DNA of 30,932 nt from an uncultured Bacilli bacterium (GTDB taxonomy: Bacteria > Bacillota_I > Bacilli_A > RF39 > UBA660). The translations under genes and the position numbers were made by a program. Location of the stretch: assembly GCA_947632295.1 (NCBI GenBank), contig CANROQ010000001.1, positions 1 to 30,932 of the forward strand, read 5' to 3'. The notes beneath the pieces were generated by a model. The model was not told the origin of the DNA. It did no database searches and saw nothing but the letters and a program-made list of their open reading frames with translations. Shown in pieces: positions 1 to 7,932 of the stretch. The first letter of the stretch is position 1. Each line of letters starts with the position of its first letter.

Positions 1-453
1 TATTTTTGTTAAATCAAATATTTTATATTCTAACTTTTCTATAAATACTTTATTATCATCTTCCTTCAAATCAACTACACAATTTACTTTATTTGTTAAG
101 TTATAATTTAAAATTGCGTATACTTTTAATCCTTGTAATTTACTATAATTATCACCTTTTCTTAAACAATGGTTGGTAATAACATTACTAGAATAAAATA
201 ATAATCTTTCCTTAAAATTATGTTTATCGATATTTTGTAATTCAAGAATAACTATTTCATCATCTACTTCTAACAATATATCGACTATTCCTGCCTTCCC
301 AACTTTATTATTTTTAATAAGTTCAGGATTTAAATATCTTATTTTATTTGCTTTAACATCAAATAAATCTAATAATAATATTTTTAAATATTTTTCTTTC
401 ATAAATATTTTTTTAAATAGATAATCATTTGTAAGAGTATAAATTTGTTTCAT
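1..453 (-). CDS. Rpn-family (PD-(D/E)XK nuclease / 'putative transposase', PDDEXK_2-like) protein, truncated by the window edge; absent from the ORF track
   Basis: Manual translation from ATG at 453: MKQIYTLTNDYLFKKIF...KAGIVDILLEVDDEIVILELQNIDKHNFKERLLFYSS...KLEYKIFDLTKI, 151 codons open to position 1. Has the NDxxFKxxF and D...ExQ motifs; about 65% identical by hand alignment to 23955-24803. Confidence 0.85.
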   Translation of the reverse strand, partial: MKQIYTLTNDYLFKKIFMKEKYLKILLLDLFDVKANKIRYLNPELIKNNKVGKAGIVDILLEVDDEIVILELQNIDKHNFKERLLFYSSNVITNHCLRKGDNYSKLQGLKVYAILNYNLTNKVNCVVDLKEDDNKVFIEKLEYKIFDLTKI

Positions 454-470
454 AATTAACCTACAGTTAA

Positions 471-499
471 ATTATACATTTTATTCATACTTTTGACAA
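471..499 (-). promoter_or_regulatory. sigma70/sigmaA promoter of Rpn copy 1
   Basis: Minus strand TTGTCA-17 nt-TATAAT, conserved upstream of the second Rpn copy. Confidence 0.75.
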
Positions 500-581
500 G
501 TATTTTTATAAAATATATTTTAACTTATTACACCTCCTTATTTATAATATACTAGATAAATTTTTAAAATCCCTTTTAAAA

Positions 582-610
582 ATCAAAAAAAATGCTTAAA
601 AAAGCATTTT
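582..610 (-). terminator. Intrinsic terminator of the desulfurase-trx-Trx/CcdA operon
   Basis: 9-bp stem AAAATGCTT/AAGCATTTT followed by a T-run on the minus strand, just after the stop at 618. Confidence 0.65.
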
Positions 611-617
611 AATCTTA

Positions 618-1814
618 TTAAAAATTAAATTTTAAAATATTAGGGGCAAAAATCATCAATATTCCAATTAATAACATAATTATGCCACCTATTAAATGTG
701 CATATTTATTGTATTTATTAGAAATACCTGTTAATTTCATAGTAGTCATCGCAATAATAAAGACAATTAAATCATCTAATAAGAAGAAGAAGATATATAA
801 AATATTGTAAAACCAAGTTTGAGCATTAGATAAATCATTCATCGATAGTATTTGCGCAAATAAAATTGGTAAACCAGCTGAACAAGCAAGTTCTATAATA
901 TTAACTGAAACAGCTAAAACCATAACACCAAGAAGTGCTAATAAGAAACTATTTTCCGTTACGATTTCTTTAGCATGTACCATAATTTTTTTCTTTTGTT
1001 TATTATTAGTTACGCTACATCCAACATCTTTTCTTCTAACCTCTTTAATAAAATTATATAAATTAATACCACCACCTAATAAGGCTACGATACCAACTAA
1101 AATTTCAATAATATTAGATGACGTAAACATTCCAGCAACATTAACCCATGCCATCATAAAAGCAAAGTAAACAATCGCTGATGAAAGCAAAAAGGCAATA
1201 CCTAAACACCACATACGTTTACGATTTTTCATGCCAATCATTAAACTAATTAAAAAGATCAACACCCACATCGCACAAGGATTAAAACCATCCACTAAAC
1301 CAATAACAATAGAAACTAGTGGAAGTGATATATTTTTAGGATTTATCTCTCCTATAATTGGAATTGTAAACTTACAACTATTCGGATCAAATTCATCAGT
1401 TAAATCGTCTCTTACCTCGACAGTACCTAAATATTCACCTACTAAATCTCGATGTTCATGCTCAGAATAATAATTAATCGCACATCTTATTTTAGTACCA
1501 ATATCATCATTATAACCATTAAAATAAGTACTACCGATGACTGTTAAAGGAACGCCTCTAACATCCCAATCAGTCGTAGTTAAAAAATCAGTTAATAATT
1601 GTCTATTATCTTCATCTTTTTTTACCTCATACATCACAATATCTAAATTATCATATTGCTCAGCCAATTCTTTTAAATAAACTTTTTCTTCGGCACAATG
1701 TGGACAATCATAATTGTGAAATAAATAAAGAGTAACTTTTTCTTCAGCATTAACACCTACAATAGCCATTAAATAAATAACTAAAGAAAACACTATTTTT
1801 TTTACTAAATTCAT
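618..1814 (-). CDS. Exported thioredoxin/glutaredoxin-like domain (CPHC) fused to a CcdA/DsbD-beta-like multi-pass membrane domain
   Basis: Signal peptide MNLVKK...VNA, then YDCPHC, then several TM helices with DGFNPCAM and ELACSAG cysteine motifs. Start moved to ATG 1814 because of the AGGTG SD. Confidence 0.75.
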   Translation of the reverse strand: MNLVKKIVFSLVIYLMAIVGVNAEEKVTLYLFHNYDCPHCAEEKVYLKELAEQYDNLDIVMYEVKKDEDNRQLLTDFLTTTDWDVRGVPLTVIGSTYFNGYNDDIGTKIRCAINYYSEHEHRDLVGEYLGTVEVRDDLTDEFDPNSCKFTIPIIGEINPKNISLPLVSIVIGLVDGFNPCAMWVLIFLISLMIGMKNRKRMWCLGIAFLLSSAIVYFAFMMAWVNVAGMFTSSNIIEILVGIVALLGGGINLYNFIKEVRRKDVGCSVTNNKQKKKIMVHAKEIVTENSFLLALLGVMVLAVSVNIIELACSAGLPILFAQILSMNDLSNAQTWFYNILYIFFFLLDDLIVFIIAMTTMKLTGISNKYNKYAHLIGGIIMLLIGILMIFAPNILKFNF

Positions 1815-1815
1815 T

Positions 1816-2076
1816 TTAAACACCTAAATTCTCAAATATTTGTTCTAATTCTTTTTTACTTTTTTCGCCAATAATTCTTTTTATTTCAACATCTTTATCA
1901 ACAATAATCACAACTGGTAATAAGTCACCAATTTGATATTTTTCAACTATATCAGCATTCATATCATAATCATATTCTTCTAATTCTAATTTATACTTAT
2001 CGACGATTTCTTGATATCTAGGATGCATAATTAAACAACTAGGACACCATACTGAACTAATTTTAATTAATTTCAT
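1816..2076 (-). CDS. Small cytoplasmic thioredoxin-family protein
   Basis: WCPSC motif, cis-Pro-like LLPVV segment, AGGTGAT SD; abuts the downstream gene. Confidence 0.85.
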   Translation of the reverse strand: MKLIKISSVWCPSCLIMHPRYQEIVDKYKLELEEYDYDMNADIVEKYQIGDLLPVVIIVDKDVEIKRIIGEKSKKELEQIFENLGV

Positions 2077-2088
2077 TTTATCACCTAA

Positions 2089-3216
2089 CTATTTCAATTT
2101 TAATTGATTGTAACATTTATCAAACGCTACTAAAAATTTATCAATATCTTCATCAGTCGTTAAATATGATAAACTAATACGAATACTCGAAGACGCACGC
2201 TTTTCATCATGAGTTAAAGCAAAGACCGCCTTTGATTTTGCATTATTACTAGAACAAGCACTTTGCGTAGAAATATAAATATCATATTCTTCTAAAGCAT
2301 GAAGCATCGTTTCAGGTTTTACGCCTAAAATACTTAAATTTAAAATATGTGGTAGACAATACTCATTACTATTAATAGTAACATCTAAATATTTTGCCAT
2401 ATGCTCAACTATTTTTTTATTTAAACTGCCTACATAATCATAATTATTATTTTTAAATATTAACCTTAAGGCTTTCGACATCGAAGCAATCAAGGATGTA
2501 GTTGGAGTTCCACTACGATAGATTGTCGTACTTTTACCACCATGAATTAATGGTTCTAAATTGATACCATCTTTTTTTATTAAGCATCCTATACCTTTGA
2601 TACCATAAAATTTATGAGCAGAAAAACTGGCCAAATCAACATTTTCAAAAAAATTTTTAGAAATTGGATATTTACCAATACATTGAGTTGCATCGGTATG
2701 AAAAAAACACTTAGGATACTTTTTTAATAATTTACCAATTTCTTCGATTGGTTGACGCAAACCTAACTCACTATTAACAGCTGAAATACTAACCAATACT
2801 ACCTCATCATCGATTAAATTTTCTAACGCCTTTAGATCAACTCTACCATAATTATCTAATGGAGTAAAAATAACCTCAAAACCTAATTTTTGCAAATACC
2901 CCAGCGGTCCATATATCGATGAATGTTCTAATTCAGTCGTGATAATTTTTTTACCACGATTTTGATATTGTAAAGCAATTCCTTTTATCGCTAAATTATT
3001 TGATTCACTTGCCCCACTTGTATAAATAATTTCTGATTCTTTAACATTTAAAAGTTCAGCAATTTGTTTGGTAGCGCCTTCAATTAAATTTTTACTAGCA
3101 ACACCTAATTTATGTAAAGAATTAGGATTACCTATAAATTCTAAAGAAACTTTATTAAAAGTGTCTAATACATCAGTATTTACAGGCGTCGTTGCTGAAT
3201 AATCTAAATATGTCAT
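2089..3216 (-). CDS. iscS: Cysteine desulfurase (IscS/NifS family, class V aminotransferase)
   Basis: YLDYSATTP, FTSGASE-like YTSGASESNN, SAHKFYG PLP lysine, RSGT, catalytic SACSS. Confidence 0.92.
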   Translation of the reverse strand: MTYLDYSATTPVNTDVLDTFNKVSLEFIGNPNSLHKLGVASKNLIEGATKQIAELLNVKESEIIYTSGASESNNLAIKGIALQYQNRGKKIITTELEHSSIYGPLGYLQKLGFEVIFTPLDNYGRVDLKALENLIDDEVVLVSISAVNSELGLRQPIEEIGKLLKKYPKCFFHTDATQCIGKYPISKNFFENVDLASFSAHKFYGIKGIGCLIKKDGINLEPLIHGGKSTTIYRSGTPTTSLIASMSKALRLIFKNNNYDYVGSLNKKIVEHMAKYLDVTINSNEYCLPHILNLSILGVKPETMLHALEEYDIYISTQSACSSNNAKSKAVFALTHDEKRASSSIRISLSYLTTDEDIDKFLVAFDKCYNQLKLK

Positions 3217-3231
3217 GTTATCACCTTTTAA

Positions 3232-3259
3232 ATTATATCATATTAATTATTATTTTGAA
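3232..3259 (-). promoter_or_regulatory. Promoter of the iscS operon
   Basis: Minus strand TTCAAA-16 nt-TATAAT with an extended -10 TG, upstream of AAAGGTGATAAC-ATG. Confidence 0.55.
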
Positions 3260-3350
3260 TATAAAATAATAGTAATACTTTTAAATTTCATAAATTTATC
3301 ATATTTTTTGAACAAATTTCGATATTTTCGAACTTTTTTCAAAAAAGGTA

Positions 3351-3379
3351 TTGCCAAATTATCAAAAATAAGTTATACT
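3351..3379 (+). promoter_or_regulatory. Promoter of the tRNA pair
   Basis: TTGCCA-17 nt-TATACT, about 20 nt before tRNA-Ile. Confidence 0.7.
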
Positions 3380-3398
3380 TTAGTAGTCATCGATTAAT

Positions 3399-3475
<77 letters not shown>

Positions 3476-3482
3476 TTAATTT

Positions 3483-3559
3483 GGCCCGTTGGTGAAGTGG
3501 CTTAACACACATGCCTTTCACGCATGCATTCACGAGTCCGAATCTCGTACGGGTCACCA
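3483..3559 (+). tRNA. tRNA-Glu (UUC)
   Basis: GGCCCGT/ACGGGTC acceptor stem, anticodon arm CATGC-CTTTCAC-GCATG, encoded CCA; T-loop reads TCCGAAT rather than TTCGAAT. Confidence 0.93.
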
Positions 3560-3571
3560 AATTAAATAGAT

Positions 3572-3593
3572 ACTTCCATTTGGAAGTTTTTTT
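3572..3593 (+). terminator. Intrinsic terminator after the tRNAs
   Basis: ACTTCC-attt-GGAAGT followed by a T-run. Confidence 0.75.
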
Positions 3594-3635
3594 GTATAAT
3601 TTTTTAAATATCACTCATAACAAAATGGTGATATA

Positions 3636-5102
3636 ATGAAAAACGAATCCATTTGGAAATTAGAAAATAGACCTTTTCAAACCAAAATATTAAACAATGA
3701 TATAACTACTGATGTTTTAATTATCGGTGGTGGAATAACAGGCATTTCATCGGCTTTTTATCTAAAAGACTCTAACTTAAAAATCACGCTTATAGAGGCT
3801 AATACCATTGGAAGTGGTGCTACTTTAAATACAACGGGAAAAATGACTTTTCTACAAGGACTTATTTATCATAAATTAGAAAACATCTTCGATTTTAACA
3901 CTAGTTTAAAATATCTTCAGTCACAACTTGAAGCCATTAATTTAATTGAACAAAATATAAAAACATATAATATCGATTGTAATTATTTAAAAAATTCCTC
4001 TTATGTTTATACAAATAACGAAAAAGAAATTAAAGAATTTATTAAAGAACAAAATTTTTTTGATAAAATAAATCTTAAATATAAAATTATAGATAAATTA
4101 CCAATTGATCTAGATTGTAAGTATGGTATTAAAGTTGAAAATACAGCCGTTTTTCACCCCATTAAATATCTATATCGATTAACTGAAGAAATTTTAAAAA
4201 ATAACATCGACATTTATGAACATACTACGGCTTTAAAAATTGAAGAAAGCGATCAAAAATATCGAGTTTATACTAAAGACGGTATCATTACTGCCAATAA
4301 AATAGTTGTTGCGACCCACTACCCTTTTTTTATCGTACCAGCCCTAATTCCTTTTAAGACACATTTAGAAAAAGAATATGTACTTGCTTCTAAAATAGAT
4401 AAAATTAAAGAATTTAACGCTATAACAAATAAAAATCCAATTGTTTCTACTAGATATCATCAAGATAAAAACAATTATATTATCTTTGCCAGTATCGAAA
4501 GCAAATTAGCCAAAAATTTAAATAATGAAGCCAATTTTAGTCGTTTAATCAAAAAATTTGAACATCAATTTGAAAATAAAATAACTAATTTATGGTTCAC
4601 TTATGACTTAATAACTAATGATAAATTGCCAATTATTGGTGAGGTTAAACGAAATTTTTATATTGCAACTGGTTTTAATAAATGGGGCATGACAAATGGT
4701 ACTATTGCAGGTAAAATTTTAAGTGATTTAATGACTAATCAACCAAATCAATATATTGAACTTTTTGAGCCTAATCGTGAAATTACAATGGAACAAATAA
4801 AAAATTTTTTCATCGATGGCTTTACTAGTGCTTCGTCTTTTATCGACAGTAAAATAAATAAAAATAAAGAATTTTACGAAAATGTCGAATTTAGAACAAT
4901 CGATAATATTTCATGTGGTATTTATACTGATGAAAATAAAAAGCAACATATCGTCAAAAACAAATGTCCACATATGGGTTGCAGTTTAATTTTTAATAAT
5001 GAAGAAAAAACATGGGATTGCCCATGTCATGGTTCTAGATACGATTTAGACGGTAATGTTATAAAAGGACCTAGTAATCAAAATATTAGATTTAAACACT
5101 AA
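3636..5102 (+). CDS. FAD-dependent oxidoreductase with C-terminal Rieske [2Fe-2S] domain (YhfW-like)
   Basis: IIGGGITG dinucleotide-binding motif, ATGFNKWGMTNG, Rieske ligands CPHMGC...WDCPCHGS. Confidence 0.9.
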   Translation: MKNESIWKLENRPFQTKILNNDITTDVLIIGGGITGISSAFYLKDSNLKITLIEANTIGSGATLNTTGKMTFLQGLIYHKLENIFDFNTSLKYLQSQLEAINLIEQNIKTYNIDCNYLKNSSYVYTNNEKEIKEFIKEQNFFDKINLKYKIIDKLPIDLDCKYGIKVENTAVFHPIKYLYRLTEEILKNNIDIYEHTTALKIEESDQKYRVYTKDGIITANKIVVATHYPFFIVPALIPFKTHLEKEYVLASKIDKIKEFNAITNKNPIVSTRYHQDKNNYIIFASIESKLAKNLNNEANFSRLIKKFEHQFENKITNLWFTYDLITNDKLPIIGEVKRNFYIATGFNKWGMTNGTIAGKILSDLMTNQPNQYIELFEPNREITMEQIKNFFIDGFTSASSFIDSKINKNKEFYENVEFRTIDNISCGIYTDENKKQHIVKNKCPHMGCSLIFNNEEKTWDCPCHGSRYDLDGNVIKGPSNQNIRFKH

Positions 5103-5104
5103 AA

Positions 5105-5947
5105 TTAATTAGTATTTAAATCTTTTTTTATAATTTTTCTATTAATTATAAATAAAATTAAAAAGGAAATTAGCATTAAAACTAAATTTAAAATATAGTT
5201 TTCTTTCATTATAATCATACACGTAAAAATATTCATAATATTTGAAGCCATATGCACAATAATTGGGGCCTTAATATTTTTATATTTTTCATAGACATAT
5301 ATTAAAATAAAACCTAAACAAAAGGCATACAACATTTGAATAAAATTACTATGAAAAAAAGTAAAAATAAAAGTTGTCAGTAAAATTGCCCGCATTTGTG
5401 GATTAAATTTTTTTAATTTATTAAAAACAATTCCTCTAAATAATAATTCCTCTAAAATTGGTCCTAGTAGGCCTGTACAAATTATATAAGTTAAAATACT
5501 AATATTTATAGCCGAATAATTATTTGTAAAATGAACTGCATAATTAAAACTACCAATAACTAAATTATAACTCAAATTTAAAATAATTCCTAAAATAATT
5601 AAAATTCCAATGGTTTTAATATTTAATTTTTCCATATAATCTTGTTTATAATTATAATATTTTTTATAAAATATAATTCCAAAAATTACAAAAGTAATAC
5701 AAGTAATAAAAATAGAATTATCGTTTACAAAAGTTTCAAATTTGTCTATATATGTATCTGTTTCTATATATTCATTAAAAATAGTTTGTAATTGTTCCTC
5801 ACTAACATCAGGATTTTCTAATTTAATTGCGTTATATTCTTTGTTTATAAATCCTGTTGTAAAAACTGTTAACAATAAAAATTGACCAATTACAAATATA
5901 ATTGGCCAAATTAATACTTTAACAAATTTTTTTGTATAATCTAACAT
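5105..5947 (-). CDS. CPBP (Abi/CAAX) family intramembrane glutamic protease
   Basis: GPILEELLFRG, FxxxH (FTFFH) and PIIVHMASN motifs; multi-TM. Confidence 0.88.
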   Translation of the reverse strand: MLDYTKKFVKVLIWPIIFVIGQFLLLTVFTTGFINKEYNAIKLENPDVSEEQLQTIFNEYIETDTYIDKFETFVNDNSIFITCITFVIFGIIFYKKYYNYKQDYMEKLNIKTIGILIILGIILNLSYNLVIGSFNYAVHFTNNYSAINISILTYIICTGLLGPILEELLFRGIVFNKLKKFNPQMRAILLTTFIFTFFHSNFIQMLYAFCLGFILIYVYEKYKNIKAPIIVHMASNIMNIFTCMIIMKENYILNLVLMLISFLILFIINRKIIKKDLNTN

Positions 5948-5952
5948 CTAAA

Positions 5953-6840
5953 TTATTTTTTATCCTTAAACATTTCGCTCAAGGTTGAACCTATACTGGC
6001 AACATTTTGTAATTCAGATGGAACAATTATCTTAGTTGCTTGACCATTAGCTACTTCAGCTAAAGTTTCGAAACTTTTTAAAGTTAACACAGCTTGATCA
6101 GCCTTAGCCTCTTTTAATAATTTGATACCTTCAGCCTCTGCTGTTTTTATTTTTAATAATGCTTCTGCCTCACCTTCAGCCTCTTTAATTTGGGCTTCTT
6201 TTTTAGCCTCAGCACGTAAAATAGCGCTTTCTTTTTCACCTTCAGCAATTAAAATACTAGATTTTTTCTCTCCTTCTGCTTGAAGAATTTTCTCACGTCT
6301 TTCACGTTCAGCACGCATTTGTTTTTCCATTGTTTCTTGAATATCTCTAGGTGGAATAATATTTTTAACTTCGACACGATTAACTTTAATTCCCCAAGGA
6401 TCAGTAGCTTCATCCAAAATAGAACGCATTTTTGAATTGATAATATCTCTCGATGTCAAAGTTTGATCTAACTCTAACTCACCAATAATATTTCTTAGCG
6501 TTGTTGCAGTTAAATTTTCGATTGCATTAATTGGATTTTCAACTCCATAGGTATATAATTTAGCATCTGTTATTTGAAAATATACGACAGTATCGATTTG
6601 CATTGTAACATTATCTTTCGTAATAACTGGTTGTGGTGCAAAATCCATAACGATTTCTTTTAAATTAACTTGATTGGCAATTCTATCTACAAAAGGTATT
6701 TTAACATGTAACCCATTAGCCCATGTCGAATAATATGAACCAATTCTTTCAATAACATAAGATTTTGCTTGTGGAACAACTTTGATATTTGGAATTATCA
6801 AAACGACTGCAAGCACTAATAAAATTATAAAAAATTCCAT
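5953..6840 (-). CDS. SPFH/band 7 (stomatin/QmcA-like) membrane protein
   Basis: N-terminal TM, VITKDNV, TTLRNIIG, WGIKVNRVE, coiled-coil AERERREKILQAEGEK. Confidence 0.92.
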   Translation of the reverse strand: MEFFIILLVLAVVLIIPNIKVVPQAKSYVIERIGSYYSTWANGLHVKIPFVDRIANQVNLKEIVMDFAPQPVITKDNVTMQIDTVVYFQITDAKLYTYGVENPINAIENLTATTLRNIIGELELDQTLTSRDIINSKMRSILDEATDPWGIKVNRVEVKNIIPPRDIQETMEKQMRAERERREKILQAEGEKKSSILIAEGEKESAILRAEAKKEAQIKEAEGEAEALLKIKTAEAEGIKLLKEAKADQAVLTLKSFETLAEVANGQATKIIVPSELQNVASIGSTLSEMFKDKK

Positions 6841-6844
6841 AAAA

Positions 6845-7267
6845 TCACTCTCCTATTTTCTCTACTTTTAATTTAACGCCATCAATTTCTAACACTTTGA
6901 CGACGCTATCGATATCGATTTTTTGATCAGCATAAGCCGACCATTTCTTGCCATCAACTTTAACTTCACCAATCTTATTTCTATCTATATTTTCGGTAAC
7001 AATTGCCTCCATACCTATTACCCTATCTAAATTAGTTGGTTCCTTTTTTTTGACTATAAATTTTTGTAAAACAGGTCTAGTTGTAATTAATAAAATTGTA
7101 CCTAAAACTGCAAAAACACCGAATTGTAACATAAAATTTTTAAAAAATAACGATATAATTAACGCAACCAAAGCACTAACTACATACCAAATAGTTGTTA
7201 AATTAATCGACATAATTTCAACTGATGTTAATAAAATTATAATCATTACCCAAATAAAAGAATTCAT
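6845..7267 (-). CDS. NfeD-family (YbbJ-like) membrane protein with OB fold
   Basis: TM helices followed by VIGMEAIVTE...GEVKVDGKKWSA; adjacent to the SPFH gene. Confidence 0.88.
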   Translation of the reverse strand: MNSFIWVMIIILLTSVEIMSINLTTIWYVVSALVALIISLFFKNFMLQFGVFAVLGTILLITTRPVLQKFIVKKKEPTNLDRVIGMEAIVTENIDRNKIGEVKVDGKKWSAYADQKIDIDSVVKVLEIDGVKLKVEKIGE

Positions 7268-7283
7268 AATATCACCTAATTAA

Positions 7284-7312
7284 ATTATACTATGTAATTC
7301 GGCAAAATACAA
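7284..7312 (-). promoter_or_regulatory. Promoter of the nfeD-SPFH operon
   Basis: Minus strand TTGTAT-17 nt-TATAAT before AGGTGATATT-ATG. Confidence 0.65.
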
Positions 7313-7343
7313 CAAAAAAACATATAATTTTCATTATATATTT

Positions 7344-7829
7344 TTAAAATTCTTTAACATTATAATCAAAAATTTTATAATCTAAATTGTGTAGATAAAT
7401 AGAATTATAAGGAGCATATACTAATATTTTATTAATTTTTATACCATCAAAATAAACCATATTGGCTTCATCCATATAATTATTATTTTTAAGTAAACTA
7501 ACATAACTATTAGTAAAACTATTTATATTAGTCCTATTGTCATAAAGTGGATTAAAACTATAATAATTCAATTTGAATTTCAAATCTTCATCATATATTT
7601 TATCTAAATTCGGATAAAGGCCCATAATTTTAATATTAGCATCATTAAAATAATCAAGCAAATTATTAGTATTCAAGATTATATCTTTAGAACTAATATA
7701 AAAATAATCATTATCATAATTATTTATATATTCATTTTCATTAAACACTAACTCTGTTTCAATTTGCTTATTAGAATAAATAACAAAAATAAGTAAAATA
7801 GTAAATACTAATAAAGATAATTTTTTCAT
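7344..7829 (-). CDS. Hypothetical exported/membrane-anchored protein
   Basis: Signal-like N-terminus MKKLSLLVFTILL; AAGGTGATACC SD supports a start at 7829. Confidence 0.6.
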   Translation of the reverse strand: MKKLSLLVFTILLIFVIYSNKQIETELVFNENEYINNYDNDYFYISSKDIILNTNNLLDYFNDANIKIMGLYPNLDKIYDEDLKFKLNYYSFNPLYDNRTNINSFTNSYVSLLKNNNYMDEANMVYFDGIKINKILVYAPYNSIYLHNLDYKIFDYNVKEF

Positions 7830-7932
7830 GGTATCACCTTTTATAGCATTTACTAAATTTATAAAAATAACCAAAAAAAGACAAATTTATACAAAAAAAG
7901 TAAAATTTTTCACAATTTTACTTTTATATAAC

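Noticed and set aside
3304-3346. Imperfect palindrome with GAAC, considered as a LexA box
   Set aside because: No GAAC-N4-GTTC match; probably AT-rich UP-element DNA.
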